Source: a virus (Duplodnaviria; Caudoviricetes). From it: a DNA stretch of 64,000 bases. The position numbers and the translations under genes are program-made. Below are positions 29,197 to 37,204 of the stretch, in pieces; position 1 is the stretch's first letter; each line of letters starts with the position of its first letter. The DNA lies in the IMG/VR virus record IMGVR_UViG_641509434_000001, positions 1 through 64,000 of that record. One strand, written 5' to 3'. The notes under the pieces were generated by a model. It saw only the letters and a program-made list of their open reading frames with translations. It was not told where the DNA came from and did no database searches.

Positions 29197-30060
29197 ATGT
29201 TGATTACAGCAGCAGGTAAAATAGGTGCAGGTAAAAGTGCACTAACTGCCATGTTGGCAGATGTTTTAGATACAAAAGCTATATATGAACCAATTGATGA
29301 CAACCCTCTTCTAGAGAAATTCTATGAAGATAAAGATACTTATGGGTTTGTATTTCAAATAGACATGATTAGTCGTAGATTTGAATTGATTCAACAAGCA
29401 TTACTACAAAATAATTCAGTACTTGATAGATCTATCTTGGAAGATTCAATCTTCTTAGACCAACTATTTCTTGAAGGACATGTGAATAAATATGAACATA
29501 GAGCTTATCACAAATTACTCGACAGAATGATGTTAGAACTAGATGTTCTACCAAAGAAACGACCAGATCTTCTTGTTTATATTGATGTCCCCTTTGATAA
29601 GGAAATTGAGCGTATCAATAAAAGAGCAAGAGCATTTGAGAAAGTATCAGAAGGGACAGAACTCTGGGATTATTTTGCAATGCATTCTAAAATGTATGAC
29701 AAATGGATAAACGAATTTAACGAGTGTCCAGTCTATACAATTGATGCAATGAAATATGACTATGTCGAAAACGAACAAGACCGTATCGAAGTTCTTGAAA
29801 ACATTGTTGCTAAACTTGTAACAATTGGAGCATTAAGCTTTAAAGAAGCCACACTTGCATACTGTAAAATAAATAATGCAGCACCTACAATTGTAGCAAT
29901 AACTTTATATAACAAAATTCAGAAATTGCTTGACGGCAAATATGAATATCACAACTTGGCTAATCTATATGACTTGAACATTCAAACCATAGATAGCTTA
30001 CAAGAACTCATTAGAAAAGAAAACGAAGGTAATAAATGTTCAGTCATATCAAACACATAA
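29197..30060 (+). CDS. deoxynucleoside kinase
   Basis: P-loop AGKIGAGKS, YEP, DRSILED, ERINKRARAFE lid. Confidence 0.9.
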   Translation: MLITAAGKIGAGKSALTAMLADVLDTKAIYEPIDDNPLLEKFYEDKDTYGFVFQIDMISRRFELIQQALLQNNSVLDRSILEDSIFLDQLFLEGHVNKYEHRAYHKLLDRMMLELDVLPKKRPDLLVYIDVPFDKEIERINKRARAFEKVSEGTELWDYFAMHSKMYDKWINEFNECPVYTIDAMKYDYVENEQDRIEVLENIVAKLVTIGALSFKEATLAYCKINNAAPTIVAITLYNKIQKLLDGKYEYHNLANLYDLNIQTIDSLQELIRKENEGNKCSVISNT

Positions 30061-30785
30061 CAAAGCATGAAGTCGCAAATAATATCAAACAATTATTCAC
30101 ACTAAGATATTACAAAGATGGTTTATCAGGATGGACACCACAATCAAGAATTTTGTGGTTAATTGGTCTTGCAGTAATCTTTGTAACTGCTGCTCCACAT
30201 GGGTTTGATTCTATCAATGTAATTGCTACATTGGGAGGTATGATTGGCTTTACTTGTACAATGACTATTACTAATGGTAAATCAGTCAACGGTATCTTAG
30301 GTTTTATTAGTGCGATTCTTATATCAACAGTAGCTATCCATTCAGGTAACTACGCTGATGTATCAATGCAATCAATGTATATCTTATTCTTAGACTTACC
30401 AATTATGTTATTTGGTAACCAATGGTCTCAAGCTAAGATTAAAGCATTTGATATGAACGCTGTAAAACTTATTCTTGCTGTTGCTATCATTGGTTTCAGT
30501 CTTATGTATGTATTAGATACAAGCGTATTTCTTAGTCCACGTCCAATGATTGACTCAATATCAGCTACAACAGGTTTTGTTGGATTATTCTTGATGTTGG
30601 GTAAATACAGAGCTCAATATGTAGCATGGATGCTTGGTTCTGTTATCTCCATTACATTGTGGTTAATGACTGCTTTGCAAGGCGATGCAAACTGGGTAAT
30701 GTTTGCTACATATTGTGTATACATGTCATCATCACTGATTGGAATGTTCTGGTCAGTATGGTCACATCCAGAAAAGGTAAACTAA
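30036..30785 (+). CDS. PnuC-family nucleoside transporter
   Basis: Multi-TM; GKSVNGILG, GNYAD...Q.MY, P.IDS, QY.AW patterns; next to the kinase. Confidence 0.75.
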   Translation: MFSHIKHITKHEVANNIKQLFTLRYYKDGLSGWTPQSRILWLIGLAVIFVTAAPHGFDSINVIATLGGMIGFTCTMTITNGKSVNGILGFISAILISTVAIHSGNYADVSMQSMYILFLDLPIMLFGNQWSQAKIKAFDMNAVKLILAVAIIGFSLMYVLDTSVFLSPRPMIDSISATTGFVGLFLMLGKYRAQYVAWMLGSVISITLWLMTALQGDANWVMFATYCVYMSSSLIGMFWSVWSHPEKVN

Positions 30786-31385
30786 ATGTTCGATAAAGAT
30801 GCAATCAAAAAGGACATGCTTAAACTAGCAGAACAATTTGAAGGACATCCTGTTGACTATGATGCAAAGGATGGTCCTCAATGTGCTGACTTTTCTGCAT
30901 TCCTTATTAAAAATACTACTGGTAAAACTATCTGGGGTAATGCAATTGAAACAGATAACAAAGAAAATATCAACATTATCAATGAAAACCCAAATGTTGA
31001 AGCCAAACATGTTGACCCACATGAAATTGCTGAAGGTGACTTGTTAGTCGAATCTAATAGTAACCCGAAGGTCGGTCACGTTTCTCTTATTGATAAAATT
31101 CATGACGATGGTACAGTAACTGTCTATGAACAAAACTTGGATGGTGATGCTACCGGCCCAAACCCACTGGGTGTACAAAAGCATACTAGAAAGTTAGCTG
31201 ACTTTGATGGCTGGGGTAGAGTAATGGGTGCATTACGTATCGAAGCTATACCTGAAGAGAAACAATGGGTACGCAACCCTAATTCTCGTCGTAACGGGCA
31301 ACTGCAACGTGCGGGTAGCCGACAAGGTGGAGCCTATTCTAGTATCACTAGTCTATATGAACAGTTAGGTATGACGTTTAAGTAA
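30786..31385 (+). CDS. CHAP-family cysteine peptidase with C-terminal SRQGG tail
   Basis: DYD..DGPQCADF, IWGNA, GHVSLI, YEQN. Confidence 0.85.
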   Translation: MFDKDAIKKDMLKLAEQFEGHPVDYDAKDGPQCADFSAFLIKNTTGKTIWGNAIETDNKENINIINENPNVEAKHVDPHEIAEGDLLVESNSNPKVGHVSLIDKIHDDGTVTVYEQNLDGDATGPNPLGVQKHTRKLADFDGWGRVMGALRIEAIPEEKQWVRNPNSRRNGQLQRAGSRQGGAYSSITSLYEQLGMTFK

Positions 31386-31388
31386 TCA

Positions 31389-31440
31389 GGCGGTTATTCT
31401 ATGATTAAGTTCATAGATAAGCGGTATAATTATATTAAAA
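31389..31440 (+). repeat. 52-bp conserved intergenic element, copy A
   Basis: ggcggttattctatgattaagttcatagataagcggtataattatattaaaa. Confidence 0.8.
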
Positions 31441-31473
31441 GAGATACTATAAAATTAAATAGAAAGGAATATA

Positions 31474-32196
31474 ATGTGTGATAAAATAGATGGCTGGAAC
31501 CCAGCCGACATTGAAGCAGGTGGTAATGGAATTGAAGGCTATCAAGCCATGAATGGTATGTATGATTTAACTCATTCAGAAGATAGTGCTCGTGAAGGAG
31601 GTATGTTTCGTAAAGCTAAACATCCTATTCCACAAATACAAGCTGATGAAGATGAGTATATGGACGACTTTAAAGCTTATGAAGACTTTATGTCTAATAA
31701 CGAAAGTGAAGACTCAGAAGGTGGTGCCCGTGAGGGTGGTTTCATTAAAGATGCCACAACTGTTGACTCTAACTCAACTGGTGTAGCTGATACAGTCAAG
31801 AAAGGTGTAGATGCTATTGGAATCGGTAAGATTCCATTTGTAGGCGGAGCTGCTAAATTCATTGCTGGCGATGTGGTAGGTGGACTTGCTGATGATGCAG
31901 TAAATGTTGTAGGACATGGTACTGCTGCAGCTGCAGATGCTATCAAAGGAGATACATCAAAGGCTGCTGGTCAACTTAAATCTGCTGCTATGCCTGCTTT
32001 CAACTTAGGTCTTACTGCTGCTACTGCTGGTGCAGGTGGAGCATTAGCTAAAGGTGGAGCTAAAGCTGCTGGTGCAGCTATGGCTAAGACTGCTGCTAAA
32101 GAACCACTTACATTAGTACAAGCTGGTATGTCTGGCTTACAAGACATTCAAGATAGAAATATTGATCAAAATAATTTACAAGACAATTTAAACTAA
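31474..32196 (+). CDS. putative virion protein with two AREGG motifs and Gly/Ala-rich C-half
   Basis: DSAREGG, EGGAREGG. Confidence 0.7.
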   Translation: MCDKIDGWNPADIEAGGNGIEGYQAMNGMYDLTHSEDSAREGGMFRKAKHPIPQIQADEDEYMDDFKAYEDFMSNNESEDSEGGAREGGFIKDATTVDSNSTGVADTVKKGVDAIGIGKIPFVGGAAKFIAGDVVGGLADDAVNVVGHGTAAAADAIKGDTSKAAGQLKSAAMPAFNLGLTAATAGAGGALAKGGAKAAGAAMAKTAAKEPLTLVQAGMSGLQDIQDRNIDQNNLQDNLN

Positions 32197-32206
32197 AGGA
32201 GTCATT

Positions 32207-32710
32207 ATGGTAACAAAATATCAAGTTAAAGATGCTTTGAGAACTAACAAACAAAAAGTAGAAGCAGAACTTAAATATAATCAAACTTTTATTGCACAAC
32301 CAGGTTTAGTAATCTCAGAAGAAACACTTAAGTTTATTCAAGATGAAATTAAGGCAATGCAAGACTACTCTAAAGCATTGGGCAATCTCATTGTAGATAT
32401 TAATACTTCAGACTTTAAAGAGTCAAATAAAGATACTATTAAAGATCCAATTAAAGTAACTAGTGTTATTATCACTCCAGATACAGCTACAATTAAAATA
32501 GGTGAAACAACTAAACTTAACTCTACAGTATTGCCTGATAATGCTGACAACAAAGAAGTAACATTCAAATCTTCAAATGAAGCAGTTGCTACAGTAGATG
32601 GTACTGGTCTTGTAACTGGTGTTTCTAATGGAGAAGCTGACATCACAGTAACAACTACGGATGGTAGCTTTACTAAAACAGCTAAGATTACTGTGAATAC
32701 AGCAGTATAA
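32207..32710 (+). CDS. virion protein with C-terminal Big_2 Ig-like domain
   Basis: VTSVIITP...PDNADNKEVTFKSSNEAVATVDGTGLVTGVSNGEADITVTTTDG. Confidence 0.85.
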   Translation: MVTKYQVKDALRTNKQKVEAELKYNQTFIAQPGLVISEETLKFIQDEIKAMQDYSKALGNLIVDINTSDFKESNKDTIKDPIKVTSVIITPDTATIKIGETTKLNSTVLPDNADNKEVTFKSSNEAVATVDGTGLVTGVSNGEADITVTTTDGSFTKTAKITVNTAV

Positions 32711-32726
32711 TAACAAGGAGTAAACT

Positions 32727-33701
32727 ATGGTCAATGTAATTGGAGGTAATGGTTTCTTCCCATTTGGTGGTGCATCTAACCTAGGTACTGGTTATATGTC
32801 ACAGCCTCTTGAGGGAAATCAAGGACCTCATGAACATCTGGCCCATCGTAGATACGAAACTCGTATGACTACGAGAGACTTACTACTTGGGCTTTCAGAC
32901 TATCCTGATAATAGATTATATGTTCCTACTGAAGAACTCTTAGATGAAGTATTTGACCAACTTATCGAGATTACTAGAATTAAACCTCTAGTAGTCTTCA
33001 ATGATAAAGAAATGGACTCACAACTTACATATAAGATTATGGAAGACATATTTGTATTGACTGAAGATAGAGAAATATTAAAAGACACAGCTGGTGCTTG
33101 GTTTAGAATGTTTGCAGCTACTTGGCATAGATATGCTGAGCTGGATGAACAGCATCTAAGACAAATATTCCAAGGTATTTACCGTGATCACGATAGTACT
33201 AGTAATGCACAAAGTAGCTCTAGTGGCGGTAGTACAAGTACTTCTGAAAATACAAGCAAGAACCAATCAACTAATGATGGGCAATCAGATTCTGATAGTA
33301 AGTCAGATTCTGCTTCTGTTGGTACTACTGACTCTGATGCGAAGAACATATTAAGTACTATGCCTCAAGACAAAGTATTTATTAAGGGCGACCCATTAGT
33401 ACAGGATGTAGAGTATGCAGATAATGTAACAATGAATACAAGCCAGGGTAGAGATAACTCTAGTCAGAAATCATCTAACTTATCAGCATCACATGACTGG
33501 TCTTGGAATGGTAGTAGTTCTGGCTCGTATGGTCGCAATGTAGGCTCTAATACTAGTCATAGTAACAACCAATCTCATTCTCAAGGTATGTCACAATCAG
33601 TTTATAACACTTATAGACAATGGCACGACAGCTCTCTTGATATGACAGGTGGTATGTATTACCAACTAGTACGTGCTGGGCTTTGGTCTATGTTCTGTTA
33701 A
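32727..33701 (+). CDS. lower collar protein (phi29 gp11-like)
   Basis: REI..DT...W.....F pattern, S/T/N-rich tract, STMPQ, C-terminal LWSMF. Confidence 0.65.
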   Translation: MVNVIGGNGFFPFGGASNLGTGYMSQPLEGNQGPHEHLAHRRYETRMTTRDLLLGLSDYPDNRLYVPTEELLDEVFDQLIEITRIKPLVVFNDKEMDSQLTYKIMEDIFVLTEDREILKDTAGAWFRMFAATWHRYAELDEQHLRQIFQGIYRDHDSTSNAQSSSSGGSTSTSENTSKNQSTNDGQSDSDSKSDSASVGTTDSDAKNILSTMPQDKVFIKGDPLVQDVEYADNVTMNTSQGRDNSSQKSSNLSASHDWSWNGSSSGSYGRNVGSNTSHSNNQSHSQGMSQSVYNTYRQWHDSSLDMTGGMYYQLVRAGLWSMFC

Positions 33702-33704
33702 TCT

Positions 33705-33756
33705 TGCGGTTAATCTAAGATTAAGTTCCTTGATTATCCGTATAATTATATTAAAA
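33705..33756 (+). repeat. 52-bp conserved intergenic element, copy B
   Basis: tgcggttaatctaagattaagttccttgattatccgtataattatattaaaa. Confidence 0.8.
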
Positions 33757-33772
33757 GATATGGAGAAATTCA

Positions 33773-33961
33773 ATGTCAATTATAGATCCTATTGCAGGAC
33801 AATCTAAGATAACAACAAGTATAAATAATAAAGACAGAGGTTTTAATGTGGAAATGGAGATAAGTGGACTTCCTACTACTAATCTTATTCCATTTAATAC
33901 TAAAGAAGAAAATACACTTAATGGTGTATATAATTTGTCTTTAGCAGATACAGATAAATAG
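33773..33961 (+). CDS. hypothetical protein
   Basis: GGAG RBS. Confidence 0.6.
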   Translation: MSIIDPIAGQSKITTSINNKDRGFNVEMEISGLPTTNLIPFNTKEENTLNGVYNLSLADTDK

Positions 33962-33969
33962 GAGAGAAA

Positions 33970-35076
33970 ATGCCTCAAGTAACAACAACTTATACTGGAC
34001 AAGGCGTCAATGGATCAATGCAACCAATTGCAAATACTGGAGTAAAATCTATGAACAATGGTTGGTTGCCAGCAATGCTTAACTCAGTTCATACAAACCC
34101 TATTGCAGCATCTAAGTCAAAACGTTGGCTTAAAGAATTAGCTGTCATTGAAGATAACTTCTATGGAGATATCATTCAACAGTATAAAGCTGCATTCCCA
34201 CGTGCTTACAAATTTGATGATGCCAACAAACCTGAGTTCGCTTCAGTTTGGAACCCTATCATAAATGTAAACACAACTCAATATGACTGGCAACGGTTAT
34301 ATGGTGTAGATATTGACGAATCAGAAATCAATAAAATTACACAAAATCAATCTGAAGTAAAAGACTTCACTAGTAATAATATTCAAGAAGCAATCAACGA
34401 AGCCAACATTGATGAACTATCTATGGTAGCTTCTGGAGTTGAGCAAACTGTTAATGGAGTAACCTCATGTGACCAAGATACAATCTTCATGGAACTTGCA
34501 AGCATTGTAGGTAAACACACAGGTTATGTAATCAACAACAGTTTTGTATCAAGTAATGATGTCGTAATTATGATATCTTATGATGACGCTGCACGACTTA
34601 AATCATTGCCTGCTCTTCGTTACATTGACAGAAGCGTACGTGATAAAGTTATTAGTCAATTTGTTGAAGTTCCATTTATTCCTGAAACATGGGTAACCAA
34701 CAAAGAAGTAACAGTAACTCAAGACATGGTAGATAACAATGTACTACTTATGCCATTCAAGGTAGGAGATATTCTTCCTAAAGGTACTATTGTAGTAAAC
34801 CATCAATTCTTTAAGACTGATGACATTAATGCTCCAGTACTTACTACTGAAGGTAAACGTCCAAATATCTTAGTATATGACAAACGTAATATCTTAGTAG
34901 GTATGCGTGCATATTCAGGAGACTGGAAAGGAATCGAAGGAGAAGAAGTTCTCTTCCATTCACAAGCCTTACTACGTGGTCTTGTATACCAACATTCAAT
35001 TGTACGTAGCATGGCTGTAGGTTTCAGCAACATGTTCTTGGCAAATGCTTATAGATTTGATTATATTCCTAAATAA
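33970..35076 (+). CDS. capsid-protein paralog (possible minor/vertex capsid protein)
   Basis: Shares IDESE.xKI...E...F...N and PF.V.D.xP.G blocks with 26814..28148. Confidence 0.7.
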   Translation: MPQVTTTYTGQGVNGSMQPIANTGVKSMNNGWLPAMLNSVHTNPIAASKSKRWLKELAVIEDNFYGDIIQQYKAAFPRAYKFDDANKPEFASVWNPIINVNTTQYDWQRLYGVDIDESEINKITQNQSEVKDFTSNNIQEAINEANIDELSMVASGVEQTVNGVTSCDQDTIFMELASIVGKHTGYVINNSFVSSNDVVIMISYDDAARLKSLPALRYIDRSVRDKVISQFVEVPFIPETWVTNKEVTVTQDMVDNNVLLMPFKVGDILPKGTIVVNHQFFKTDDINAPVLTTEGKRPNILVYDKRNILVGMRAYSGDWKGIEGEEVLFHSQALLRGLVYQHSIVRSMAVGFSNMFLANAYRFDYIPK

Positions 35077-35085
35077 TAGGAGGTA

Positions 35086-35126
35086 GACCGGAATGGTGTA
35101 GCTACGCTCGACTCGTAGCCTGGTCA
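35086..35126 (+). ncRNA. tRNA-like minihelix (acceptor-like stem + T-arm, no anticodon arm)
   Basis: gaccgg-aatggtgta-gctacg/ctcgact/cgtagc-ctggtc-a. Confidence 0.4.
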
Positions 35127-35178
35127 TAATTCTTTACAACAAAAGTAAAGAGTAAAAGAAAGGCTCAAGGAAAACATT

Positions 35179-35427
35179 ATGATTATAAAGAAAAGAATCG
35201 TAACTTCTAGTAAGTATCATTCAAACAACCCAGTAAAACAATTCTCTAGCAATCCTATTGAAGCAGACATCAATGCTAGATTTTTGAATGCTAAAAACAA
35301 TCCTGGAAGTAAACAAGTTGCGTTAGACTATGCTCATAAATTAGCTAAAGCTAATGAATCAGAGCATGAAGTATATGAAACACGTCAAGGTAACTTATGG
35401 AATGACGACAACATAGATATGAGGTAA
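35179..35427 (+). CDS. hypothetical protein with TRQG motif
   Basis: AAGGA RBS. Confidence 0.6.
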   Translation: MIIKKRIVTSSKYHSNNPVKQFSSNPIEADINARFLNAKNNPGSKQVALDYAHKLAKANESEHEVYETRQGNLWNDDNIDMR

Positions 35428-35431
35428 TAGA

Positions 35432-37159
35432 ATGTCAGAAGCTATTTCAGGTAAATATTCATCTACTATGGAATATGGAGATGTATCAACAGAGGTAAAA
35501 GTAACATTTAACCCTGATATCCAACCATTCCCAGTAGACCCTAAAAATGAAACACCTAGCTATGACAATTCAATTACCAACATTCCACTAGGAATACCTA
35601 ACTATGGCAAATTCTTGGGATATGGAGAATGGCTTACTGGTGTAGAAGATGAAGACAAAACACTAATTGATAGACTTGTAAGTAAAGATACTTCATTTGC
35701 TAATATTCTTTCTAAGTACATGATTAGTGACAACTATTTAGTTCAACTAAGAAAAGGACTTACTCAATATGAAGATGTACGTTACGGAGCATTGTTTGAC
35801 TCAATGTTAAAGAACAATATCTTTGTAGATGATATGAATGGTCATTTAGTAAATGGTTATAATAGACCAGGTCTAGTTAAAATGTCTATAAGTGACTTTA
35901 TTCAATTCTTAGTAAATATGAGAGTTTGGAGATATAACTTACTAGACAACCCTCTATCATTTAGAAAGTATATGGCAATTGTAGCCTCAATTTTAGGTAA
36001 CATGCAGTTACCAATTGACTTTCCAGTTCTTATTGATAGACTTACAACTGTTAAAGCAACAAATGCTATTTCAGCATCAGTTCCTTATTCAACTTCAAAT
36101 AGTGATGCTATTGGTTGGGTAACTCAATCTAGTAATTCAGGTTATGGGACTGCTACTATTCAAAATAAAGTATCAAAGACTAATGTAAGAACTAGTCAAC
36201 TTATAGCTAACCTTGTAAGACCAACTGGCACACAAGACGATTTACTAGTAACTCCAGGTTCACGTAGTATCAATATTACTAAGTGTGGTGGAGTTACAAC
36301 AAATGTATATCTTGGCTATCAATTAGACAGAGTAACTGGTACTAGATTAGCATCAGCAACAACTTATCCTAAAGAAGACAAACCTCTATTTGGTTCAGAT
36401 GTTTGGGGCAAAGATGGCTCTGCTAACAATGAAGTAAAAGACAAACCAAAACCAGTAACAAAAGACTATTTCATTGTCTATGTTATGTCTGGTTATGTAG
36501 AACATGCAGTTATCTTCGACTGCTCAGATCCAACTTATAAAGTTGTGGAAGACGATATTACTATGAATTTCCCACCTGACTTTATTTCTTTATTGGAACC
36601 TAAAACAAAGATATTCAGAGATGCTTACCAGTATTATGTCAATGAAAAAGAAAATACTTGGAAAACATTTCCTATTCAAAAAATGTTTGATAGCATGGGC
36701 AAAGTAGTAGAAGCATTTACTATTCTCGACTGTAATTTAGATGAGCCAAGAGCTAACACAATTGATGAAAACTCTCCTAGAATTAATGTCAATTATGGCT
36801 ATAATCAATACTTCAAAATGTACAGTTATGCTAAACAAGCAACAATGCTTAATGTAATGCCTGCTTATGGTGTAACATTTAATAAAGCTTACTACTACAA
36901 TCCTCGTGATTTCTTGACTCTTCAAGATTATGATGAAGCTTGTATTCCTATTCATGGTTCATTTATGCCATCTCATTTACGTTGGTATCAATCAGACGTA
37001 CAAAGACCTTGGTATTCTAGAGGTAGAGATGTATATAGCTATAATGGTGGTTATACAGGTGGCTATCTTGGAGGACCTGGCTGGTATGGCGGATGGTGGG
37101 ACTCACTCTGGGGTGTACCTAGTTTATACCTTGGATGGTACTCAGGTTTCTTCTGGTAA
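35432..37159 (+). CDS. structural protein with Gly/aromatic C-terminal tail
   Basis: 575 aa, GAGG RBS, located in the tail module. Confidence 0.7.
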   Translation: MSEAISGKYSSTMEYGDVSTEVKVTFNPDIQPFPVDPKNETPSYDNSITNIPLGIPNYGKFLGYGEWLTGVEDEDKTLIDRLVSKDTSFANILSKYMISDNYLVQLRKGLTQYEDVRYGALFDSMLKNNIFVDDMNGHLVNGYNRPGLVKMSISDFIQFLVNMRVWRYNLLDNPLSFRKYMAIVASILGNMQLPIDFPVLIDRLTTVKATNAISASVPYSTSNSDAIGWVTQSSNSGYGTATIQNKVSKTNVRTSQLIANLVRPTGTQDDLLVTPGSRSINITKCGGVTTNVYLGYQLDRVTGTRLASATTYPKEDKPLFGSDVWGKDGSANNEVKDKPKPVTKDYFIVYVMSGYVEHAVIFDCSDPTYKVVEDDITMNFPPDFISLLEPKTKIFRDAYQYYVNEKENTWKTFPIQKMFDSMGKVVEAFTILDCNLDEPRANTIDENSPRINVNYGYNQYFKMYSYAKQATMLNVMPAYGVTFNKAYYYNPRDFLTLQDYDEACIPIHGSFMPSHLRWYQSDVQRPWYSRGRDVYSYNGGYTGGYLGGPGWYGGWWDSLWGVPSLYLGWYSGFFW

Positions 37160-37204
37160 ACTTTAACATTAAGATAATATAAATTATAATAAGAAAGGCT
37201 AATA

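Noticed and set aside
13616-33756. 52-bp element as a canonical dif site
   Set aside because: A XerD-like arm is present, but there is no 6-8-bp spacer to a XerC arm, and lactococci use XerS/difSL.
35086-35126. Full tRNA gene
   Set aside because: Only 41 nt, with no anticodon arm or D-stem.
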